Shown: positions 48,811-60,828, counted from the first letter of the whole stretch. The stretch: DNA of 63,135 nucleotides, filler included, from Perkinsus chesapeaki ATCC PRA-425 (GCA_013115145.1; 3 parts of 3 records of this genome joined end to end with filler, not necessarily neighbours in it); one strand, 5' to 3'. The notes: generated from the letters alone by a model not told the origin. Translations and numbers: made by a program.

Positions 48811-49615
48811 TTAGTAACACCCAACTTTCCTTAATGACCCCCTACTACCAATATATTTAAATCCAACCGCTTTATACGCCCTTATAGCAAATTCATTGTC
48901 CGAATCAACCCTTAACCAAGCGCCTTTCGCTTCTGGGTGTGCATATTCGACCTGTAGGAAACAATTATGACACGATTGAAACACGCCCTCCCCACGGCGA
49001 TGAAACATGGAAGCGTGGAATCCACAGCTGCCATAGGTGTGCCAAACATCATCATAACTTCAGCGACATACTTACAACTATGATACAGGTGGCGCTGTTG
49101 TATAATTAATTTTAATGTACTACTCATTATAGGAATCAAATAATGGAATTAATCAGTTATATAACTGAGATTTAATAAGTATTCGGTGATGCTTCCATTG
49201 TGCAATTTCCGATCCTCCAGATATCTTACAAGTTTAATAATCCAATAAATCATCCTTCTAGCCACACCTTTCCTCCTCCAATCCTTACGGACATTTACGT
49301 GAGTAATATAAATCCATACCTTATCTTTATCGGCAAATCCAAATTCAACAGATCCGCAAACCGACTAAAGAATATTATCGATCAAATCGTCCGTTTCTGC
49401 ATTACATTATCCTTGGTGTCGATAGCTACAGCCAACAAAGTTTCATTATACCATTTATAGTTAACATCGGGTAGGTCCAAGAATGTGCCGACTCGATCCG
49501 CGGGACGTGATAAACGATAATTGACTTTCGAAATATCCTTCTCCACCGACCGTATTGAAATGGCAGATGAAGTGACAACAAGGATTAGAATGAGAAGGTT
49601 GATGAGCGTCGGCAT
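48811..49615 (-). CDS. Signal-peptide-bearing GNAT-family N-acetyltransferase, copy 1 (3 exons, 161 aa)
   Basis: Exons 49406-49615, 49230-49364 and 48811-48951 join in frame: IYITHVNVRKDWRRKGVARRMIYWII (GNAT motif A) and AWLRVDSDNEFAIRAYKAVGF (motif B). Confidence 0.85.
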
Positions 49616-50952
49616 AATAAATGACTAACTCTAAAATGATAGAGCAGACGAAAGCAACTTGTCATCTACTCCTATGAAAGAGAAAGACATCCCTGAGGGG
49701 GGGGCGATAACCAAGCCCTGGCTCCACGTGAAGAGGGTCATCTTTGTACCCTCAGCTCCACGAGGCATTTCGCCTGGTGACGGGAAAGCCCTTTCCGCTT
49801 GAGAGTCTTCACGCAACACAGATTCTCCGGAGGCGAGCGGCCCATTTTCGCTCATTCTGTAAATAAACTATTTAGTTTCATTATCTCATCGGAACGTCTG
49901 ATTCAGACGTAACTTGGATACAAATCAGAGCGACCGGTTTTTCATTCTTTGTTCTGGAAACAATTTTTATTTTTCCTCGGAAAAATAGCCACTCCGTTAA
50001 CAAGAGGCTTAGAATGGAGGGAGGCTCTTACAGATAGTGCAATACGTTTGTAAAGCTCAGAACGGATCTAGTATTCATGAGGTCGAGAAGAAACCATAAA
50101 AATAGCTAGCTTTTGTATGACCCTACCAGGGATCGAACCCGCTCCTTTCTCGTCTGGGGGCATGCCTCAGTAGCAATTATCTGCCTAGACCTCCAAATGC
50201 ACTACACTTGTACTACTTTATTACCTTATCTCAGCTCTGATAGTATCCATCTCTATGATGCACATAATTTAAGACTTTAACCCTACTTCAGCAAAATTTC
50301 CCTATTTTCACATTTCTCCGTCTTTGTCGTATTCGACAAAGGAATTTTTTCGTATTAGGAATAAAAAATAGGGAACGAAAGAATCGACATTTTTCTTTTA
50401 ATCGGCCACCCTGCATTTGACAACTATTTGCATTACAAGCAGATGCAAAGACGTTACTGAAACACCTATAAATTGCACCAGAATTATACCAATTAACTCC
50501 TTCATTTTTGGAACGAAACATAACCCTCAATCACAGACGACACCTCGACATCTTTAACATGCTCACGCGAACAACAACAGGTAACGTTGAAATACACCAT
50601 ATTGAAATAACAAGAAGAGCATGACGTAAATATAATCATATATAGATGGGAAGGAACGTAATGTTATACACATTAAGATGGCCACGAGATGAAAAATGGA
50701 CATATTGGTAAAGATGATGGACCATGATGATGCGATGAGGGAAATGACGAAAATATAAATCCGATCGAAAGTCAATTACTTATTCCACAAATGACAACTG
50801 CAGATAGGATAGAGCTACGTCATGAAATTAAGTATTCATATAACTGTGATGAACTCAGATTGGTAAGCTTAAACTTCAACAGATTTCGCCTCCATCAAAC
50901 TACTTTATTTTCAAACAGTCCGTCCACCCGTAACTCTAAAGTACATCATCAT

Positions 50953-51210
50953 TCACAATTTTCTTGTTCGTTTTGGGTTCACTTTCCCCACAAAACTCTT
51001 CCCTGACTTCCCCGAGTTGAACATTTTCCTGAAATTAACCCCTCTTTTGAATTCGACCAAGTTTTCTTCAATATCCTCGTTTTTAGTAGGAACAGCCTCC
51101 TTCATCCTTGTCGAATCCTCCTCGCTTGGGACCGAGACGTGATCCAGACTCCCTCCTCCACAATCTTTACCGAGCACACAAGCGTAAGTGCCGAAATAGC
51201 GATTGCCAGT
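50953..51210 (-). CDS. Unknown family 'X', copy 2 (last exon; upstream part degenerate)
   Basis: YFGTYACVLGKDCGGGSLDHVSVPSEEDSTRMKEAVP...EFKRGVNFRKMF. Confidence 0.45.
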   Translation of the reverse strand, partial: TGNRYFGTYACVLGKDCGGGSLDHVSVPSEEDSTRMKEAVPTKNEDIEENLVEFKRGVNFRKMFNSGKSGKSFVGKVNPKRTRKL

Positions 51211-51624
51211 CTCTGGAAAAAATATGAAACATTCTTTAATCTCAATAAAAGTAGATTATTCTCTCTCTTGCATGCGGAAAACGCGTTTCAGAAGATACTT
51301 TCGATGTCCCAATAGGGGAAGACTATTAGTAATAGCTCCGACGCCTTATAGTCCAACGATTATCAAAACATAGATTAGTTGGTTAGAATAGATTAACTCC
51401 TTTTCTCTTTGATCCCTCTATTGTTATCGTCATTATCACTTAAGAAGATAGTGTTGGGTTACTAAGCGTATTACTCATTCCAGTGCTTAAAAGGCAGTGT
51501 AATACACCGTGCTGCTCAAGACTATTCAACGATATTCAACAAGTGCATGTGATAAAGAAATACGATAGTACGATCGTAACGATACAAATGCTCCGTGACA
51601 ATTCTAAATCAAAGCATCCAAGAA

Positions 51625-52593
51625 TTAGGAGAACTGGAATCCCTCAGACTCTTCTGAGGACTTTCCACTGTTCCTTAATGACCCCCTACTACCAATATCT
51701 TTGAATCCAACCGCTTTATACGCCTTTATAGCAAATTCATTGTCCGGTTCAACCCTCAACCAAGCGCCTTTCGCTTCTGGGTGTGCATATTCGACCTGTA
51801 GGAAACAGAAGATACAATATAATAGAACTGAACTCCCCTCTCCCTCGCTTCCCTTCATCATTATGAACAACGAAATCAGATCAGTGGGTATAATTCACTC
51901 GTGACAACTAATTTGAGTATGACTTTTCACGAAAGTGATTATAGAAATGGGATAATGAAATTTTCATACGCGACAAGGGGCAAATACTAATGCTGCCCTT
52001 ATGTAGTATATATATGCTATGAACTTCATAGCACGGTTGAGCTAAGCCATAGTATGAAGCTCAACCGTGATATAATCGATCAAGCTATGGCGTCGGGATC
52101 TCTGGGAACTACTTGCACGTCCAACGAATTTGAGTTTTATATCAACTACTAAGTGATGCTTCCAGATTTGCAATCATGTGCATTTTCCGATCCTCCAGAT
52201 ATATTACAAGTTTAATAATCCAATAAATCATCCTTCTAGCCACACCTTTCCTCCTCCAATCCTTACGGACATTTACGTGAGTAATATAAATCCATACCTT
52301 ATCTTTATCGGCAAATCCAAATTCAGCAGATCCGCAAACCGACTAAAGAATATTATACATCAACTCGTCCATTTCTGCATTACATTATCCTTGGTGTCGA
52401 TAGCTACAGCCAACAGAGATTCATTATACCATTTATAGTTAACTTCGGGTAGGTCCAAGAATTTGCCGAATCGATCCGCGGGACGTGATAAACGATAATC
52501 GACTTTCGAAATATCCTTCTCCACCGACCGTATTGAAATGGCAGATGAAGTGACAACAAGGATTAGAATGAGAAGGTTGATGAGCGTCGGCAT
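51625..52593 (-). CDS. Signal-peptide-bearing GNAT-family N-acetyltransferase, copy 2 (3 exons)
   Basis: Same exon structure as copy 1, with intron 2 at 51796-52207; THVNVRKDWRRKGVA and AWLRVEPDNEFAIKAYKAVGF. Confidence 0.85.
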
Positions 52594-53247
52594 AATAAAT
52601 GACTAACTCTGAAATGATAGAGCAGACGAAAGCAACTTGTCATCTACTCCTATGAAAGAGAAAGACATCCCTGAGGGGAGGGGGCGATAACTAAGCCCTG
52701 GCTCCACGTGAAGAGAAGGAAGTTGTAGTCACCAGAACTCCACAGGGGACACTCGGATTGTGTACTTGCACAATTACAGTGGTCTAGGGCAGGGTAGTAA
52801 AGGTTCGCCATACGTGTTGAACCAACTGATATGTTAATTTATTCAACCTTTCGGCCCACTACGTAATATGTAGTACCGCTTGAAGCCTATAATAATCATA
52901 TTAACAAAATACCATTCCTCATTACAGACACCTCGGCATTGTTAACATGTTCAAGAGAGAAGAAATAAAACTGAAAGTCAAGTAAAGCACAATAAACATA
53001 TCCGATCACATTGTATGGAGCAGCACACCGTTCACATGGGACATGATAAAAGATACCACTTGTGAAGCCAAATGTGATATCTATGATGTTGATAATAACA
53101 GTTAATAAATAATGAACTTGATCCATGATGAATCGAAGCAACCAGGGATTTTCTTGACATCATTCTGATAACAAATGGATTATTTATTCACCATAATTGG
53201 CGGCGAGATAAATCTGCCTCACTTTTATTTGCTCTTCATTTCCACCA

Positions 53248-53520
53248 TCAACTCGAAGGAAAATACTTCTTAAAGTTTTTGCCATTTTTAAATTCGTCGA
53301 GGAAATCTTCAAGATCGCCATCCTCATCCTTTATTTGAGGCGCATCTTTCAGTATTGTCAAGTTCTCATCGCAAGCTGATCCGGACTCCAGATCACGGAC
53401 TATGCGACCTCGATTCAATGGGTAACCGTATGAACAAAAGTACCAAGAATCATTAATATCATCGGCTCCTAAGAAAACAGCATCGATGAAAAAGATAGGC
53501 TCTCGACCATTGAGTGTCAT
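53248..53520 (-). CDS. Unknown family 'X', copy 3 (diverged)
   Basis: WYFCSYGYPL...LKDAPQIKDEDGDLEDFLDEFKNGKNFKKYF aligns to the end of copies 1 and 2. Confidence 0.4.
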   Translation of the reverse strand: MTLNGREPIFFIDAVFLGADDINDSWYFCSYGYPLNRGRIVRDLESGSACDENLTILKDAPQIKDEDGDLEDFLDEFKNGKNFKKYFPSS

Positions 53521-53637
53521 TCACACTGTCGATCTACCGAGTCAGGAAGCCACAAGGGAACATCACATATTCAAGCCAGGAAGAATGCATTTGATTCTCC
53601 CTTCCGGTGTAGGATCGCTTGCTGTGGCGGATTGCTC

Positions 53638-54379
53638 TCAATTGGATCCTAATGTCACCAACACACTTCGATCCCCCGATAAGTTCCCGGCCATAGCCAA
53701 GTTGTGCGAAGTTGTATTCCTTCCCGGCCCAACTACCAAACGCCTATTGATAATAGTTGTTTGGTATTCATAGTAGTACTTACTACCAATATATTTAAAT
53801 CCAACCGCTTTATACGCCTTTATGGCAAATTTATTGTCCGAATCAACCCTTAACCAAGCGCCTTTCGCTTCTGGTCGTGTACATTCGATCTAAACAAACA
53901 AATAATTAATAATAACGTTGGCGTTGCTTCTAGGCTCGACAAATTCCAACCTTTCAAACCCGGCAGGTTCGATTCCACCCGAGGGTATATTACATATTTC
54001 ATAACCCAGTAGAGCATCCTTCTAGCCACACCTTTCCTCCTCCAATCTTTACGGACATCAACGTTAGCAATATAAATCCATACCTTATCTTTATCGGCAA
54101 ATCCAAATTCAGCAGATCCGCAAACCGACTAAAGAATATTATAGATTAAATCGTCCATTTCTGCATTACATTATCCTTGGTGTCGATAGCTACAGCCAAC
54201 AAAGTTTCATTATACCATTTATAGTTCAGCCGGGGAAGGTCTAGATCCTTCCCAATTCGATCCGCGGGACGTGATAAACGATAATCGACTTTCGAAATAT
54301 CCTTCTCCACCGACCGTATTGAAATGGCAGATGAAGTGACAACAAGGATTAGAATGAGAAGGTTGATGAGCGTTGGCAT
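53638..54379 (-). CDS. Signal-peptide-bearing GNAT-family N-acetyltransferase, copy 3 (3 exons; C-terminal end uncertain)
   Basis: Intron 2 at 53890-53993; IYIANVDVRKDWRRKGVARRMLYWVMKY and IECTRPEAKGAWLRVDSDNKFAIKAYKAVGFKYIG. Confidence 0.85.
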
Positions 54380-55087
54380 AATAAATGACTAACTCTGAGG
54401 CACTGCAAATGAGCATGTAACAGAGTGAGGCTTCCAATAAACCAGAATCGTCATTTCTACACCTCCCGACGGCATCGAGGACTCTCTTCGAAAGGGGGGG
54501 GGCGCGTGCTCAGTTACTCAACAGTAGTGCACGGCGGCGTTGGAACCTTCTAGTCAGTGGCAGACGCACTCGTACAAAAGTGCTCCGTCCCTTCCGTCTC
54601 CAAATTCCTCCTCTAAAAATGTGTTCTCGGAACGAGGCATATTTGAGGGAGAACCAACGGGAGAAGTAAATCAGAATTCTGTCAANNNNNNNNNNNNNNN
54701 NNNNNNNNNNNNNNNNNNNNNNNNNNNNNTTAATTAATTAANNNNNNNNNNNNNNNNNNNNNNNNNNNNNNNNNNNNNNNNNNNNTATGTTACTAGTGAT
54801 ACGGAGGAGGAGATATAATAGAAAGGAGTTTGATAGGAAATATGTTACTAGTGATACGTTCAAGTTAATGCTCAATCAGCCTTTGTATCTGTGCGCACGG
54901 GAATGAAACTCTCGGCGAGCAAAGTGTCCAAAAATTTCGGAAAATTTCTCATTTTTCAGTTTTCTGAACATTCACTTTTGCGGTGAAGGAAACCAGGAAA
55001 TTTCCCGACATCAAATCGCATCGATTTCACTTCGATTTAATCATTTTCTTGCGCGCCACAAAACTATTTCAACATTTTTGTTCTCAG

Positions 55088-57611
55088 ATGATTCCACAAT
55101 CACGTCCAGTTGGGGCGAATCCAGGATACTTCGACTGGCTTACGCGGATGAGATGAAGATTCGGTAAGAATATTACCGTGATAAATAATTAATGAACAAT
55201 CGTGCTTCGGCAATCGGCCGGTAATTGAGAAAATTAAACTTATTAATAACATTCCTAGTATTATTATTTTATTATATCGGAATATTTATACCTTCATTGT
55301 CTCCCTCGCTGATACGACATTCTGTTAATTCACGCAAGTCGGGATCGCCTACTCTGGAAACCGGCGGAAAAGTCGTTTTGAGGATCTGGGCCGGTAGATT
55401 GGTGGACCTCTTGTGAAGAGAGGATATCTTGCCTTGGAGGGAATAAAAAATCTAAATTGAAGATGAGGGAAATTGAGAGTTAGTCGGATGGCAAAGGGGC
55501 ATCGAGGCAGTGAAGGTATCACTGAAAAGCTGGCTTGTGGAAATGAAGGTCGTTGGGCAGATGAGGCCAGTGGAGAAGGTGCTCGATTCTTCCTCCCACA
55601 GTTGGAATGTATTCAGTATGATGCGAAGATCCTATGAGCTCTGGTCGACTCTCGAGGGTGTCATCGAACAACGGTTGATGCAACCAACTCCAACATTGAC
55701 AATTTATCACAAACAGACCCAACACTTGGCAAACAATCTTAAAGATGCTTATATCGAGCTGGGAATATCTTATCGGGTGCGATAGCAATAATCGATCAAA
55801 GATATTTTTGAGGTCAGGAAATGACCCCCAAGGAAGTGAAGAAAAACTACCCGATGGTTCGACTCAAAAATGGTTGGGAAATTCCAAAAAATTTTATCCT
55901 AATTTTCTCGCCTTCAGATGACTTGGCGATTGAACAAGTCGATGGTGCCTGCATTTTCGCCATGGAAGCAGTAGAAGGATTGAAGTCAGTATTGAGCGGA
56001 GCGAAGCGTTTCATGAATACCGTTTTTAGAGCTGCAATAGGTGATGACAGAATTGCTGAGGACAAGGCTGTTACATTGGATATTCACAAAAGAACTGTGA
56101 CGTTCGAATCTGGAAAAGTTGTCACATATGGGGTGAGCTCTCGAAGAGTATAAGGAGCTATCTGCTTCAGCTGGAAGGCTCATTTGTTTCTTCTTGAAGG
56201 GTCGGCGGGGTAACTATCTCGCGTTGAACGCACAAGTCCAGTTTGAGGCTCCAGCAGTCGAACCTTCGTAACGTCATTCTGTTTGTTATACGGGAATGTT
56301 TCTCGCTAGCTTTAGGTTAGACTACAAATACAAAATTCCGAAAGATTCGTTTTGGACTCAGGGCCAAAGCCGCTCGACAGTCGTTCATGCTTTGCGTTGA
56401 GTATCATGCCTACTTGAACCGTTCCAGTTTGTCGTCGTCTACCTTATTGGGTTCTCCTCGTGTTTTAGGCATTAGTGTTGGCATGCGGCTCCTGGACCAA
56501 TGAACTGCTTCACAACAGCTATCTTGGCCTGATGAACTATCTTGCTTCAGCCGAGCAGTTTACGTAGGAAACTCACCCGAGGAATCCGTTGAAGATCGTG
56601 TTAGATACTACGAGCCTAAGAAAGGTGAAGAGTTGGGCAATTACGAAACCGGCAAGGTGCCAATATTGCTGAGTAAGACCTTGCTTATGATATTTTTATA
56701 ATGGAATCTCAGCCGTGGAGAGTCGGCCTAATTTCGAGGATATGGAGCTCGGCGTTTACTGCCTTCCGGCGATGGAAGGAGGGGTGAGAGGCTGAGACGA
56801 ACTTGGCAATTTTGGATTGTTGTTCGGATCAGATTGACGCGGTTAAAGTTGGTCATCATCAAAACGGTCAGATTATTCGTAGTGCGGAGCATATCTTGCC
56901 TCTAAAGGCTCAGCTTCCGAGGTTACCATTAACACGGTCACATGAGACCATTCCAGGAGTGAGGATGGGTTTGATGGATTCTGCAGCCCGATGAAATTCT
57001 ATTTCATTGCGTCGGTTCCGCGCGCGCTGAAAACTTTGAACGCCAAGATATCAGTAGATAGGCATGAAACGGTTGATCGATTTAGTGTCATGTTTTTGAT
57101 TCTCATTGTAGTACTCATGCTTGAAATTTCACTTTTAAGGAAAGTACGAATTATTCTATTTTATTGCGTCGCCTGTAGTCTACTGTATAATCTGTTATTA
57201 GGTGCCAGTTGAGAAAGACGCTCTTTTAGAGTCGGCAACGAATGGCTTCATTCAGCAATATCTTCCTGGGCTTCAAGGCGATCATGCCTGCAGCTACGGA
57301 AGGTGTATTTATCAACTCAGTTATATGAAAGATTGTAAGACAACTTATTGAGAATTATCAGATGAGTGTTTTCAGACGATTTTATTATCGGCAACCATTG
57401 GGATTCCCCGGATGGCAGAGTGCAAGTTGCCACTGGATTCTCAGGAGAAGGCTTCAAGTTCGCACCAGTTATCGGTGAGACTACTTTGAGGGATCTCAGA
57501 TATGTGTTAGATGCTTATCGTGCTGCAGCGTCACTGTTATTATTGATCGCTCGCTCCTCAATCGGTGGTCAGTCCTACGCCAATTTCTTTCGATCCGCTC
57601 TCGGCCAATAA
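55088..57611 (+). CDS. Sarcosine oxidase / pipecolate oxidase-like FAD oxidoreductase (DAO family), multi-exon; N-terminal GxGxxG exon not seen (possibly in the gap)
   Basis: SSWGESRILRLAY, LVLACGSWTNELL, GVYCLP, VKVGHH, RCIYQ...DFIIG, VATGFSGEGFKFAPVIG. Confidence 0.8.
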
Positions 57612-58441
57612 TAAGGTTCCTTTTCGGTTGAAGATATGAGAGAATGAGAGCTCCTCTTCCTACACTTACAAACACTAACACATCTAAAAGTGATAGTATT
57701 ATGCTTGAATGGCGTACAGATGGGATACCGTATGAGAAGGACTACCAATTAATAAGTGCTTAGTTAGCACTGCTAACTCTTGGCAACAAAGGCTGGCGGA
57801 TAACCCGGCTTGGATTTAGTTCGATTCTGCGGCAAGATGTGAACAGGAAAAGTTCATCTTGTTTATCTTCAGGGCTTATTTCTGTCACTTTGATGAGTCA
57901 ACGTGCGCTCATTAGGTTGATTTTACGAGGAGTTTTCAGGTGAGTTTCTGGCCACACAAGCAGTCCGGGCGATCGACGGTGACGGCGGCCTTCCACCGAA
58001 GAGCAGACTTTTCAGAGAGATGAAAGCACGGTTTGATCCGTCACGTGATATTACCGCCGATCAAACTGCATCGTCGACATCTTGATAGCGTTTCATGTCA
58101 AATAATGGAGAGTTGGGTTAGACTAGTTGTAAAGGGTAGGAAGCCATGAAGGTTGAATGGACTCCAGCTGAGCGTGGAGAAACCATTCTCCTACCGCTCA
58201 GGAGTTTCCAGTACAAACGAATGTTTCATCGTCCTTGTTATTATCTTTCACACTTGTCACGCGGCTCCCTTATCTAGTTACGTAATTGGATTTGTGTGAA
58301 CGAGCCGAAACAAAGGTCGCGTGAAAATCACAGTCATCCCTTTGTGATTGCTTTGCCTGTTCGGAATGATGGTTTGTAATTCCCACACGGATCGAGTGTC
58401 ACCGACTGAATGATATCGCCTGTCATTAGTTGATATTCAAA

Positions 58442-59680
58442 ATGGTTCGTGAAACATTTCAAGGAGGAAAGTTCGAGTTGCCTTCAACAGGTGAAGTGTT
58501 AGATGAGCTACAAGTATCCTATGAGTGTTGGGGCAGACCACTAGGCTGCGGTGCCAAGACGGTTATTATCAATCAATGTATTGGCATGTCCCCTCACGCG
58601 AAGAGTTCACAATCTGATCCTACCCGAGGCTGGTGGCAATCCTTCGTCGGCCCTGGTTTGGCTGTAGACACTGAGAACTTCACTGTCATCTGCATGGACC
58701 AACTCGGTGGCTGTAACGGGACGACCGGGCCCTCGAGCCAGATGGGAGATGGCAAATTTTACGGCAGATCGTTTCCTCGAATCACAGTGGAAGACATGGC
58801 ACACGCTCAAATCCGTCTTCTAGACCATTTGGATATAGATAAGCTCCATGCTTCGATAGGAGTATCTTTTGGTGGGATGTTAAGCTTATTAATGGCTAAA
58901 AAATATCCAACTCGAGTGGGCAGGATAGCCACGTTGATGTGTCCTGGTAGAAGTCACCCAAGCGCGATAGCATGGCGACATGCACAACGCAGAGCCCTTC
59001 AATCTGATCCAAAATGGTAAGTGAGCATCGAAGGAATCGTTGTAATTGTTCCTATCAGGTTCAACGGCGATTACCTAAATAGTGGCACTTGGCCTACTGA
59101 CGGTATGCGATTGGCCCGACTTATTGGCTTTAATACCCTAAGGAGCACTCAGGAATGGTCTCACCGTTTTGGACACACTAGAGCTGATAGCGGAAAGAAA
59201 CCGTCTATAACAGAAGCCGATTTTGAGATTGAAAAGTATCTTGAGCATAATGCGAATAAGTGGGCTGCAGGATCACGGCGTCACAGATTGGTCGATCCGA
59301 ATACATTTATTTATCACTCGTTGGCAATGGACGCTTTTACTCTTGAAGAAGGCGAACCGCATGGGAAATTAGATGATAAAAATTTAATTGAAGGAATTAA
59401 AGTTGGGGGCCTGAAACAGATTCCAACACTAATAATAGGCAGTACGACTGATATTGTTCATCCTATCGAACAGGTAAGTCTGGAATGATCCATTATTGAT
59501 CGTCAATCACTGATTGATCCTCTGTATGATTAGATACGAGAACTTGCTCGCACACTACAGGAGAGTGGCAATAGCGAAGTCGTTTTCTATGAGATCAATT
59601 CTCCATTTGGTCATGACGCTTTTATTAAGGATGTAAAAGGAATAACACCGGCATTGAAAGGCCATCTTGAGTTTTATTAA
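58442..59680 (+). CDS. MetX-family alpha/beta-hydrolase acyltransferase (homoserine O-acetyltransferase / Cys2-type serine O-acyltransferase), with short introns
   Basis: GWWQSFVGPGLAVDTENFTVICMDQLGGCNGTTGPSS, FPRITVEDM, IGVSFGGM (nucleophile), GMRLARLIG, FEIEKYLEH, INSPFGHDAF (His), ending ...GHLEFY*. Confidence 0.9.
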
Positions 59681-60828
59681 TATGTTGACAAAAAGCCTCC
59701 ATGTAACATCGCGTTGAGTTTATACGGAGTAGTTGTAACAGTTACATAGAAACTGAATAATAAACTGTGGAGGAATTCCACCAATTCCAGACACCAGTCG
59801 TTACCCGTCATGTTTGTGCTGTCTAGATGTTCCTGAGCTGGAGCTCACATAATCGGCTTGTACGCACAGTTGTCGAGCTGAACAAACAAAGCTCGGAGAA
59901 AAAACTGAGGCCAAACCGATTCGGTTTAAGATGGTTATTTTTCATAATTTGTTGAGTCCGGCGATGCTCTTCCTGGTAACTTGGTTTCTTACTGTAACGC
60001 AGGCCGATTCGCAGATCAGTTCGATTCGAGTAACGATCGGCTGCGTATGAGATTTGTCATTGGTGACATAATGTCACTGACATTAAACAGTAACAAGTGG
60101 CCAGGAAAAGCATGTTAGCTGAAATCCGAAACCAACTAAAGCTGGATTAGCCAGATGGACATTTCAGAAGTACTAACAATTTGTGGCACAAATTGTAACC
60201 ACAAATTTTATGCCTGTCGTTGACACTGACGAGAGGGTTGAAGGCAAGGCCGTTGACGTTATACTCTCACCCCCCGAAGTTTGGCATTCATGTCGTAAAC
60301 CTTGCTGAACTGAATACTAAACAGAGCTTAGAACTGAGATGAAACTGCTCCTTTACCAAAAGCGTTCTCCGCTTAGCGGACTGAAGAGATAACAATAAAG
60401 ACTATTGCTTAGGAGGGGTACGGCAACCCGAGTACCCTCGTATGATTATCTTACAGCATGTCTTGTAGCACGCCCGAGAGTATTGGCTCAATACTATTGA
60501 GCCCCTACGGAGGTTAGCTTCAGCACTAACCATACAATAAGCCGACTCTATCTTACAGAACCCACAACAAATTCTCGCAATATTGATCAGACCGCCTGAT
60601 CCGGGTTCGACGTACAGAAGGGAAAAGTCTGGTGAAGGCCGATATGGTGCGAGAAGCACCGGGCGCCAAGCGCTCAGAGAACGTTACAGAGCCTCCTTAA
60701 ACACTACAAGGTACAATTCGACAGGATTTTAGTAGCTTAAAAGACAGAATCGTTTCACATAGAGAACAGCTTCACTGATGACTAAATTGATTCAAGAAAG
60801 AGGGATAAACTGGGATCGCCGGTGGGAG

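Noticed and set aside
54786-54858. 18-nt direct repeat tatgttactagtgatacg
   Set aside because: It abuts the gap edge, where contig-end artefacts are common; it cannot be called a TSD.
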